Positions 8,359 through 15,745 of a stretch of 64,000 bases of DNA are shown in pieces. The notes under the pieces were generated by a model. That model ran no database searches. It saw nothing but the letters and a program-made list of their open reading frames with translations, and had not been told where the DNA came from. This DNA comes from Eubacteriales bacterium. Lineage in GTDB: Bacteria; Bacillota; Clostridia; Oscillospirales; CAG-272. Every line of letters begins with the position of its first letter. Position 1 is the stretch's first letter. The DNA lies in NCBI GenBank assembly GCA_045535815.1, contig JAZSMJ010000066.1, positions 890-64,889 of the forward strand, read 5' to 3'. The position numbers were made by a program, and so were the translations under genes.

Positions 8359-8598
8359 TTAATCAGTGCTTTCATCAAAAGTTTTAAACAGATCGTCTAC
8401 GGCAGTGCCAAGAATTTTCGCAATGACAAAGATCTCTTTATCAGTCGCAAGTCTTACTTGACCTTCTAATTTTGAATAACTTGTAGGATTGATATCACAG
8501 CCCATTGTTTGCATTTTTGAAATAAAATCTCTTTGTGATATTCCTTGTTTTTTACGCAGTTGTTCAATGTTTCGTCCAACAATATTTGCGTTGCCGTA
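8359..8598 (-). pseudogene. XRE-family HTH regulator with an apparent +1 frameshift directly after its ATG
   Basis: The open frame gives YGNANIVGRNIEQLRKKQGISQRDFISKMQTMGCDINPTSYSKLEGQVRLATDKEIFVIAKILGTAVDDLF..., but TGA lies immediately upstream. The only ATG (8602-8600) is out of frame by one nt, and no ATG/GTG/TTG is in frame near the 5' end. Confidence 0.45.
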
Positions 8599-8635
8599 TC
8601 ATTTTTTCTGGGTTTCAATTCCATCACCACTCGAT

Positions 8636-8728
8636 TATAATTCTGTTATAGAATATTATATAACCGAATAGCATTGACATAATTCTGTAATGGAAGTATA
8701 ATATAAATAATTCCGAAACAGAATTATA
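8636..8728 (+). promoter_or_regulatory. Consensus promoter of the 93-aa gene, bracketed by three operator-like repeats
   Basis: TTGACA (8674-8679), 17-nt spacer, TATAAT (8697-8702). ATAATTCTGT at 8637-8646 (+), 8679-8688 (+) and 8718-8727 (-). Confidence 0.5.
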
Positions 8729-8761
8729 ATTTATGTAAAAATTAACAAGCAAGAGGATGTA

Positions 8762-9043
8762 ATGGTATTGGATGATATAAAAAGCAGCATGGAAATACAA
8801 TGCGTTTTATCATTAAGCGAGAAAAGACAGGAAGTATATAAGCTTGCAAAAGAAAAGGGAATTGTATTAGATGAATCGACGCAAGAGTTTTTTGATTACT
8901 ATTTATTTCGGAAGAAAACCGTAATTCAATATGATGAAGATGAAATTATGATTCTTTCAGTAGAAGGTAATTGGGAAGATGAGGTCCACATTAAGCATGA
9001 TGGAACGTATTCCTGCTTCGGAGGGATTAACTGTATTTTTTAA
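8762..9043 (+). CDS. Small cytoplasmic protein of unknown function (alternative precursor candidate; C-terminus ...SCFGGINCIF)
   Basis: RBS AAGAGGA; own consensus promoter and own terminator; directly upstream of the PqqD/rSAM operon. Confidence 0.55.
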   Translation: MVLDDIKSSMEIQCVLSLSEKRQEVYKLAKEKGIVLDESTQEFFDYYLFRKKTVIQYDEDEIMILSVEGNWEDEVHIKHDGTYSCFGGINCIF

Positions 9044-9063
9044 TAATAAATGTATAATTATTT

Positions 9064-9098
9064 TTCCGGACTGTATTTAAGTCCGGAATTTCTTTTAT
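9064..9098 (+). terminator. Hairpin terminator/attenuator between the 93-aa gene and the PqqD operon
   Basis: TTCCGGAC / GTCCGGAA stem followed by TTTCTTTTAT. Confidence 0.55.
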
Positions 9099-9115
9099 AT
9101 AACCGTTCTATATAT

Positions 9116-9156
9116 CATAGAATTATATAGACAAGTATGATTTTTTATGGTATAAT
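9116..9156 (+). promoter_or_regulatory. Promoter of the PqqD-rSAM operon with an abutting operator-like motif
   Basis: CATAGAATTATA (9116-9127), then TAGACA (9128-9133), 17-nt spacer, TGgTATAAT (9148-9156). Confidence 0.5.
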
Positions 9157-9182
9157 ATGTCAAAAGACAATGGGGGATCAAT

Positions 9183-9461
9183 ATGAAAAAGTACATAAAA
9201 AATAAAACCATGGAATATATCGAACTTGATGAATCGGAAACAGTGATTAATGACATTGAAAGCGGAGATATACATTATATTGATGAAGTATCAACGATTA
9301 TTTTAAAGCAACTTGAAAAAGCATTATCGTTTGAAGAACTGATTGTAGCATTGCTTGAGCTGTTTGAAGGGAATGAACATGAGATCAGACAGGATACCGC
9401 CGAGTTCTTGAATGAGCTTGTACAGAAAAATATCATCCTTGAGGTAGAAGATGAAGATTGA
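9183..9461 (+). CDS. PqqD-family protein (stand-alone RiPP recognition element)
   Basis: 92 aa. The pattern ...GDIHYIDEVSTIILKQLEKALSFEELIVALLELFEGNEHEIRQDTAEFLNELVQKNII fits the PqqD fold signature. Its stop overlaps the rSAM start by 11 nt. Confidence 0.8.
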   Translation: MKKYIKNKTMEYIELDESETVINDIESGDIHYIDEVSTIILKQLEKALSFEELIVALLELFEGNEHEIRQDTAEFLNELVQKNIILEVEDED

Positions 9462-10467
9462 ATCTGTCTATTTTGAACTGACGAATATCTGTAATCTGAA
9501 CTGCAAAACCTGCTATAACCGCTCCGGATTGAATAATGAACGCCGGGAGATACCTATAGACGTATTATTTGAGTCAATCGAGAGATTTAATCGGTACGGA
9601 CTGAAATCAGTTCAATTAAGCGGTGGAGAAACAATGCTTTATACAGACATTGTGCCGCTTTTTGAGAAGATTCACAAAGTGCCTGACCTGCCGTTTTCAA
9701 TTTCTACGAACGGTACTGTGCACGGAGATTTATTGCTTGATTATTACAGAAGAGTTCCAAATCTGTATGTTCAGCTTAGTCTGGACGGAGCAAATGAGAA
9801 AGTTAATGCACGGACTCGCGGCAAAGGAAATTTTGAAAGATCTTTGCAGTTTCTCAAAGGATTGCATGACAGCGAGCGTCCTGTAGGCTATCGTATAAAA
9901 ATGGTATTGTCAAAGTATAACGTGGATAATATTCCCGATTATTTCCGTCTTGCCTCAGAGTATGACTGTGAGCCGCGTTTTTCATTTATGAATTCTGTTG
10001 GCAACGGAGAAAAAAACTGGTCTGATATGGCGCTGTCCGATGCAGAGAAAATGAAAGCATTGCGGTATATTGATCAAGCGAACAAAGCTTATAATATGGA
10101 AGTAACGCTTCCGTTCTGTGCGTTCAGCTGCCCGTTTGCAAGTGATGATCCGTATAATGTCAAGCTGAGCTGCATGGTGAAGCCGAACGGAGATATTATG
10201 CCTTGCCAGGGATTATACGATCCGGTATTCACGCTTAGTAATATAAATAAATTTGATGAGAACGAGCTTCAGCAAAACATGGAAAAGCTCTGCAATATTG
10301 CGTGTAAACGGCTGGATATGGACTATGGGTGCAAAAAATGCTTGATTGAACCGCTGTGCAAGAGAGGTTGCCCTGCTATGGCGGTGCTGAATAGCGGTGA
10401 TATTCTCGGAACTGATAAAGAGTGTTCATTCCGCCTCAAGCATTATTTGAAATATCAGCTTAGATAA
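9451..10467 (+). CDS. Radical SAM enzyme with C-terminal SPASM domain (peptide-maturase type)
   Basis: CNLNCKTC (CxxxCxxC) at residues 14-21; SGGE motif; C-terminal Cys cluster ...CMVKPNGDIMPCQG...CKKCLIEPLCKRGCP... Confidence 0.9.
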   Translation: MKIESVYFELTNICNLNCKTCYNRSGLNNERREIPIDVLFESIERFNRYGLKSVQLSGGETMLYTDIVPLFEKIHKVPDLPFSISTNGTVHGDLLLDYYRRVPNLYVQLSLDGANEKVNARTRGKGNFERSLQFLKGLHDSERPVGYRIKMVLSKYNVDNIPDYFRLASEYDCEPRFSFMNSVGNGEKNWSDMALSDAEKMKALRYIDQANKAYNMEVTLPFCAFSCPFASDDPYNVKLSCMVKPNGDIMPCQGLYDPVFTLSNINKFDENELQQNMEKLCNIACKRLDMDYGCKKCLIEPLCKRGCPAMAVLNSGDILGTDKECSFRLKHYLKYQLR

Positions 10468-10505
10468 GAGTATTATTGGAGTTTTCGTACATAAAAAGGA
10501 TCAAA

Positions 10506-11981
10506 ATGAATAATACGAAAATATTAAAAGCAGTTCTTGCCGTTAAAGGAGAATATACCATTACTGTTTTGGGCGTAAGTATGATGCCCGTGTTGAAACA
10601 CGGGCAGACTGTGAAAGTTGTTAAACAGAATAGCTATGTTGTCGGAGATATTCTTGTGTATGAATATAAGAATGAAGGTTTGCTTGCGCACAGAGCGCTG
10701 AAAATTGAAAACGGACGCTATTTCTGCAAGGGTGACAATTCTTTCAGATTGGAAGATATTACTGCGGAACAAGTTATTGGAAAAATTGAACTTGATGAAG
10801 ATGAAAACCGTACCGCAGAGTTTATTGAAGCGTCATATGCTATAAACAGACTGTTCCGAAAGAACGGATATGACATAGAGAAAACAAGATCACATCCGCA
10901 ATATGAAGTATATAAGCATACATATATTGATCGAATACAAAAAAATGAGCTTGTGGTAAATATTCGCAAGCTGGCGAATGGAGTTTCGGTCGAAGATGCG
11001 GAAACAATACGTGCGTTAGAAAAACATAAATGCTTTTATTTGCTGTCTCAGATTCCATCATATAGATCCAAACAGATAATGCAGCTTGCGGTAAGTCAAG
11101 CTGCGACGAAAATTCGATATAATACTTGCGCAGAAGTCTTCGCGGATCTAAAAAATATTCCGTATGCCGTTATCAAAGGCGCAGTATTATCTGATCAGAT
11201 CTACGGTAATTCTGCATATAGAACGTCGGGTGATATTGATCTGTTGATTGCTCCTGATAACGTTCAGGAAGTAAAATCTATTTTAAAAAAACACGGATTT
11301 ATACAAGGATATGTAAACGGCAATGATATCGTTCCGTACAGCAGGCAGGAGCTGATATATCAAAAAGCTTTTACGCATCAGATGGCAGCATTTGTGAAGC
11401 CAACCGGAGTTATGCTGTTTCCGTTTGTTAATATTGATGTTAATCTGGATATATTCTGGGGTGAAAGCGAACGAAAAGCGGATATGCAATCGTTTTTGCA
11501 AAACAGGGAAGATTACAATGTGCTTGGCGTAGAGGTGCAAAAGCTAAAACCGATATACGAATTTATTTCACTTTGCATGCATCACTACAAAGATTGTAAT
11601 TCATTGTATCTGCTCTCGGAGCGAGGCGTCAACCTTTCGTTGTTCTGCGATATTTATTACTATATAACGAAAGTGGCCCCGGATCCTTTTCAACTGAAAA
11701 ACGCGTGCGATTCCTATGGCGTGACGGATTATGTGGCGTATTGCGTATTCCATACTTATAGATTGTTTGAAGATGCTGAGCTTTTGAAATATCATCAAAT
11801 TTTGGCGCCGGGCGGAATCGGTAATCACTACTTTCGATTTGGTTTAACGGAGGATGAATATAAATATCCGGGGTTCGGTATTTCTGAATACGTTTTGAAT
11901 GATTCGTTTCGAGAACGTTTTCTTTCATGCCTTAATGAAAAGGATATTGAAAAAATAGAGATAAACAAAAAGTTTATGTAA
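10506..11981 (+). CDS. Fusion: N-terminal SipW/ER-type (S26B/S24-like) serine peptidase domain without a TM, plus C-terminal NTP_transf_5-type nucleotidyltransferase
   Basis: VSMMP ... GDILVY ... AHRAL ... CKGDNS parallels the B. subtilis SipW motifs GSMEP/GDVITF/THRIV/KGDNN. No hydrophobic N-terminal segment. The C-terminal part has SGDIDLLIAP. Confidence 0.7.
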   Translation: MNNTKILKAVLAVKGEYTITVLGVSMMPVLKHGQTVKVVKQNSYVVGDILVYEYKNEGLLAHRALKIENGRYFCKGDNSFRLEDITAEQVIGKIELDEDENRTAEFIEASYAINRLFRKNGYDIEKTRSHPQYEVYKHTYIDRIQKNELVVNIRKLANGVSVEDAETIRALEKHKCFYLLSQIPSYRSKQIMQLAVSQAATKIRYNTCAEVFADLKNIPYAVIKGAVLSDQIYGNSAYRTSGDIDLLIAPDNVQEVKSILKKHGFIQGYVNGNDIVPYSRQELIYQKAFTHQMAAFVKPTGVMLFPFVNIDVNLDIFWGESERKADMQSFLQNREDYNVLGVEVQKLKPIYEFISLCMHHYKDCNSLYLLSERGVNLSLFCDIYYYITKVAPDPFQLKNACDSYGVTDYVAYCVFHTYRLFEDAELLKYHQILAPGGIGNHYFRFGLTEDEYKYPGFGISEYVLNDSFRERFLSCLNEKDIEKIEINKKFM

Positions 11982-11996
11982 ATACGGGGATTTTAA

Positions 11997-12776
11997 ATGA
12001 GATTACATATTCAACTTCCATATCACGAAGATAGCTACACGGTCGATACCGAGTGTGAAGAAATAATCAGCGCACTGCGAATTACATACGGCAAATTTTG
12101 TAATACACTCGAGTGTGAAGATATGTATGTTTATAGGATAATCCGAGATGGGGAATCATATAAATTAACGTATAACGGACACAAGAGAAATACGGATACA
12201 CCTCTTCAAATTCTGCACAATGCGATGTTTACACATAAAAAGATATCCCCGGGTATTTTTGCACTTCATGCAGGCGGTGTTGAGTGGGGCGGTAAAGCAT
12301 ATATTTTCTGTGCTGCCACGTCTACGGGAAAAACTACTTTGACTGCATATCTGACACAAAAGGGACTGAACTATATTGCAGATGATTGTGTTTTTGTAAA
12401 TATGAATGATCTGATGGTCTATCCATGCCATACACCTATTCATCTGAGAGACGGCGGATATAAAGTTCTGCGCGATTTGGGAGTGTTGGAAGATCCCGCT
12501 TTCTGTGTGGATGACAGATATGTTTATATGCCCAATAACCTCTCTTCGATGCAGATGGAGCTTGGTGGTATATTTTTTATAAATCGCACTGAGAATGAGA
12601 ACGTTATAGAGATACCCGATAAGGCAACTACCCTGCGGAATCTGATGCTGTCCCCAATTACAAGCTATCCGATGAAGAAAGAGTACATTGCGTTTTTGAA
12701 CAGATTAACACCATATTGCCGTAGCATAAAGTATAGTGATATGGACTACGTGTTAAATAAAATTCTGACAATATAA
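11997..12776 (+). CDS. HPr-kinase-related P-loop protein (RiPP-associated Ser/Thr kinase type)
   Basis: ...FALHAGGVEWGGKAYIFCAATSTGKTTLTAYLTQKGLNYIADDCVF... matches the HprK C-terminal-domain-like core (HA..V, GKT/S, DD). Confidence 0.7.
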   Translation: MRLHIQLPYHEDSYTVDTECEEIISALRITYGKFCNTLECEDMYVYRIIRDGESYKLTYNGHKRNTDTPLQILHNAMFTHKKISPGIFALHAGGVEWGGKAYIFCAATSTGKTTLTAYLTQKGLNYIADDCVFVNMNDLMVYPCHTPIHLRDGGYKVLRDLGVLEDPAFCVDDRYVYMPNNLSSMQMELGGIFFINRTENENVIEIPDKATTLRNLMLSPITSYPMKKEYIAFLNRLTPYCRSIKYSDMDYVLNKILTI

Positions 12777-12778
12777 CA

Positions 12779-12815
12779 AAAGACCCACAGCTTATAAAAC
12801 AGCGGGTCTTTTATT
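12779..12815 (+). terminator. Imperfect hairpin terminator after the kinase-like gene
   Basis: AAAGACCC ... GGGTCTTT followed by TATT. The 5' arm ACCCACAGC is shared with the terminator at 14286. Confidence 0.5.
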
Positions 12816-12848
12816 GCATTTTTGAAAAAATGAAGCCTTTCGACATAA

Positions 12849-12899
12849 TTCGTCGTAAAAAGTGTAGTTAATAAACATTTTTTCGTCGTAAAAAGTGTA
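12849..12899. repeat. Perfect 18-bp direct repeat x2, 33-bp period
   Basis: TTCGTCGTAAAAAGTGTA at 12849-12866 and at 12882-12899, upstream of the ATPase gene. Confidence 0.7.
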
Positions 12900-12977
12900 T
12901 TTGTTTTCCAAAAGTTCATTGTTTTTTTGTAATTGTGTGCTATACTATACTTGTATTATAATGACGGAGGTGCGTGT

Positions 12978-14276
12978 ATGTACCGAATTGCTATTGAAAA
13001 GCTGTTGAAATGGAAACAAAGCGAACGCCGTAAGCCTTTAATTATCGAAGGTGCACGTCAGGTCGGCAAGACTTGGCTGATGAAAGAATTCGGCAGGCAG
13101 GCGTATGCGGATACCGTATATATTAATTTCGACTCCAATTCCAGAATGGCAGAGCTGTTTGCTTCGGATCTGGACACCGAGCGCTTGATCATGGGCTTGG
13201 AGGTGTATGTGGGGCGCAAAATAGATCCCGACAACTCTTTGCTTATTTTCGATGAAGTACAGGAAGTTCCGAGAGCACTCACGTCTCTTAAATATTTTTA
13301 CGAAAATGCGCCGCAGTATCACATTGTATGTGCCGGTTCGCTACTCGGCATTGCGTTGCATCAAGGTACGTCTTTCCCCGTGGGCAAGGTGGATTTCTTA
13401 AAACTGTATCCCCTTTCCTTCAAGGAATTTTTGATGGCAACCGATAAGGAACGATTTGCCGAGCTGCTTGATAAGCGAGACTTCGATATGATCACGAGCT
13501 TTAAGCAAACGTATATTGATGCTTTGAAGCATTATTACTTTGTTGGCGGTATGCCTGAAGCTGTGCAAAGCTTCGCAGAGAATAGAGATTTTAATGAGGT
13601 TCGTGAAATTCAAAAGAGGATCCTTGCAGCCTATGAACAAGATTTCTCCAAACATGCTCCCAACGAAATCGTTCCGAGATTGCGTATGCTGTGGAACAGC
13701 ATACCCTCTCAGTTGGCAAAAGAAAATAAGAAGTTTATCTACGGGCTTGTTCGTGAGGGCGCTCGTGCAAAAGACTATGAAACTGCAATTATGTGGCTCA
13801 GCGATTGCGGTCTTGTTCATAAGGTCAGCCGTATCAATGCCCCGGGTATCCCCTTGCGTGCTTATGAGGACTTGAAAGCGTGTAAGCTATTTGTGGTAGA
13901 CGTTGGTCTCCTCGGCTGTATGGCCGGACTTCGTCAACGAACCTTGCTTGACGGAAGCGACCTTTTTGTTGAGTTCAAGGGTGCACTTACAGAACAGTAC
14001 GTTTGTCAGCAGTTAAAAACTGTAGATGACCTGGATGTATATTACTATACAAACGACAGAGGCACTTGCGAGGTTGACTTTGTCGTTGATACGGGCGAGT
14101 TGATCGTACCCGTTGAAGTAAAGGCAGAGGTAAACCTTAGAGCAAAGAGCCTAAAAAACTATCATGAAAAATTCTCTCCCGAAGTTTCTGTCCGTACATC
14201 TATGGCGGACTATAAAAAAGAAGAATGGCTTGTTAATCTTCCGCTGTATGCGATAGATCGGATAACTCAAATATAA
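12978..14276 (+). CDS. AAA-type ATPase with DUF4143-like C-terminal domain
   Basis: Start MYRIA with GGAGG upstream; Walker A GARQVGKT; Walker B LLIFDEVQ; visibly higher GC than the flanking genes. Confidence 0.8.
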   Translation: MYRIAIEKLLKWKQSERRKPLIIEGARQVGKTWLMKEFGRQAYADTVYINFDSNSRMAELFASDLDTERLIMGLEVYVGRKIDPDNSLLIFDEVQEVPRALTSLKYFYENAPQYHIVCAGSLLGIALHQGTSFPVGKVDFLKLYPLSFKEFLMATDKERFAELLDKRDFDMITSFKQTYIDALKHYYFVGGMPEAVQSFAENRDFNEVREIQKRILAAYEQDFSKHAPNEIVPRLRMLWNSIPSQLAKENKKFIYGLVREGARAKDYETAIMWLSDCGLVHKVSRINAPGIPLRAYEDLKACKLFVVDVGLLGCMAGLRQRTLLDGSDLFVEFKGALTEQYVCQQLKTVDDLDVYYYTNDRGTCEVDFVVDTGELIVPVEVKAEVNLRAKSLKNYHEKFSPEVSVRTSMADYKKEEWLVNLPLYAIDRITQI

Positions 14277-14285
14277 GCGGACACA

Positions 14286-14321
14286 AAAATACCCACAGCG
14301 TTTATAAGCTGTGGGTATTTT
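14286..14321. terminator. Perfect 14-bp bidirectional terminator
   Basis: AAAATACCCACAGC (14286-14299) / GCTGTGGGTATTTT (14308-14321), with A/T runs on both sides. Confidence 0.75.
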
Positions 14322-14332
14322 AATGTTTTTAC

Positions 14333-14509
14333 TTACATTTTTATCGGCGGATTGCCCGGAATAGAGTCGAGATGATATCCCGCCGGGAAGCAATCAGAAC
14401 CATCATCATAATTTGAACAAGCAGAAACAGCAATTCTTTCTTTTATGCTTTTGTCATTTACTGTGAGCATTGACGGTTTTTTCCAAGTTGTTTTCATATT
14501 ATTTTCCAT
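14333..14509 (-). CDS. 58-aa peptide, candidate RiPP precursor (below the 60-aa cut-off of the ORF track)
   Basis: MENNMKTTWKKPSMLTVNDKSIKERIAVSACSNYDDGSDCFPAGYHLDSIPGNPPIKM. AGAGG lies 5 nt upstream of ATG 14509. It starts 11 nt after the stop of the upstream gene and ends at the 14286-14321 terminator. Confidence 0.5.
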   Translation of the reverse strand: MENNMKTTWKKPSMLTVNDKSIKERIAVSACSNYDDGSDCFPAGYHLDSIPGNPPIKM

Positions 14510-14520
14510 TTTTACCTCTG

Positions 14521-15558
14521 TTAAAAGAATTTTTCTATATGTTTTTTTAATGTATTGAAATAGGTTGAATTTATACTGTAATAAACAAATTTTCCTTGTT
14601 TGGTGTGTATAGTCAATCCGGATTTTTCAAGCATATTTAAATGATAAAGCGTGCTGTTGTTTTTTAAGCCCAATTCTTTGGCTATCTGTGCACAAAACAT
14701 ATCTTCTTTGGCTAACATATTCAATATTTTAATGCGCTGCTCGTCATAAAGAACACGGCCTAATTCATATAAATTAATTTTTTCCACATTTGAATCAATG
14801 TCATATAACGATAAATACGGTTCACTGTTGATTCCCAATAATGATACCCAGGTATCAGGCGTGCTTTCGTATGAGTTTGCAACAACAAGCACTGAGCAAC
14901 AAGAGACGTATATATTTTCAAATTGAGTAATATCCTTGCAGAATATAGAGCTTAAGAGATTAATATATTTTGATTCAAAATCTTTAACTAACTGCTTGAT
15001 TTCATTCTGATGTATTTGGTTGAATTCTCTGCAAAGCGCTTCTACTTTTCTAAGTTCGGAAATGATCTCTTCAATTTCTCTATCTCCGTACATGAGAAAA
15101 TAGAATATGTACATCTTAACGTCACTTGGCAGGTCAGCATTGAAAAGTTCATCTTTTATTGAGCAAATAGTTTCAACGTCAAAAATATCGGGACTATTCT
15201 CTGAAACATAGTTTTTGTAAATCGTTTGTTTCAATCTGTTTATATCGCGAAGCGAATCATAGAAACGCTCAATCAAACCGTCTTGAGGATTTGAAGCGAT
15301 TTTAACGTATTTGCGAATATGAGAAACAAGCGCTGTTTTTATGTTTTTTTCTTTGTTACAATAAAATAAACATAATAATTTGTCCGGGATGTTTGATAAT
15401 CTTTCGATGATCAATTTGTAGAAGTTTTCATTCTGCTCATAGGGAACATTATCTGTTCGCAATTGAATATACGCACGCTCGCCGTTAAAACGAAGCTTCA
15501 GAGCGAATAACATGTCATAAAGTATACCGGGCTCTTTTAAATATACGATATTGTTCAA
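14521..15558 (-). CDS. ArsR-family winged-HTH regulator with a long N-terminal domain of unknown function
   Basis: C-terminal ...DEQRIKILNMLAKEDMFCAQIAKELGLKNNSTLYHLNMLEKSGLTIHTKQGKFVYYSI is a classic ArsR/HTH_20 pattern. Confidence 0.7.
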   Translation of the reverse strand: MNNIVYLKEPGILYDMLFALKLRFNGERAYIQLRTDNVPYEQNENFYKLIIERLSNIPDKLLCLFYCNKEKNIKTALVSHIRKYVKIASNPQDGLIERFYDSLRDINRLKQTIYKNYVSENSPDIFDVETICSIKDELFNADLPSDVKMYIFYFLMYGDREIEEIISELRKVEALCREFNQIHQNEIKQLVKDFESKYINLLSSIFCKDITQFENIYVSCCSVLVVANSYESTPDTWVSLLGINSEPYLSLYDIDSNVEKINLYELGRVLYDEQRIKILNMLAKEDMFCAQIAKELGLKNNSTLYHLNMLEKSGLTIHTKQGKFVYYSINSTYFNTLKKHIEKFF

Positions 15559-15745
15559 TAATTCATCTCCTTTTTATTAACGTTCGCACAATAATTCTAT
15601 CACAAAACGAATCAAATGTCAATGATTTTTGGAAATATCAGTTAAAAAATTTGAATTATTCTGTCGAAATACAGTTACGGATTGTGGATTTTTGTTCGAT
15701 GTATGATAAAATATTATTCGATTGTGTTTGGATATATTGGTGATA

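Noticed and set aside
7923-8671. Track ORFs 7923-8117 (64 aa) and 8489-8671 (60 aa)
   Set aside because: The first spans a 14-bp hairpin and a promoter, with no RBS. The second is antisense to the XRE HTH frame.
737-11981. Idea that the SipW-like peptidase domain (10506-) processes the three TasA-like secreted paralogs (737-2694), as in tapA-sipW-tasA
   Set aside because: The peptidase domain has no membrane anchor. The paralogs have ordinary AxA signal peptides rather than the SipW-cognate type. The genes also lie in different, oppositely oriented blocks about 8 kb apart.
9183-12776. Reading the PqqD + HprK-like + nucleotidyltransferase set as a lasso peptide cluster
   Set aside because: No Asn-synthetase-like lasso cyclase or transglutaminase-like B2 protease is present anywhere in the window. 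The spacing in the 58-aa peptide does not give a Thr at -2 or a macrolactam-compatible core.
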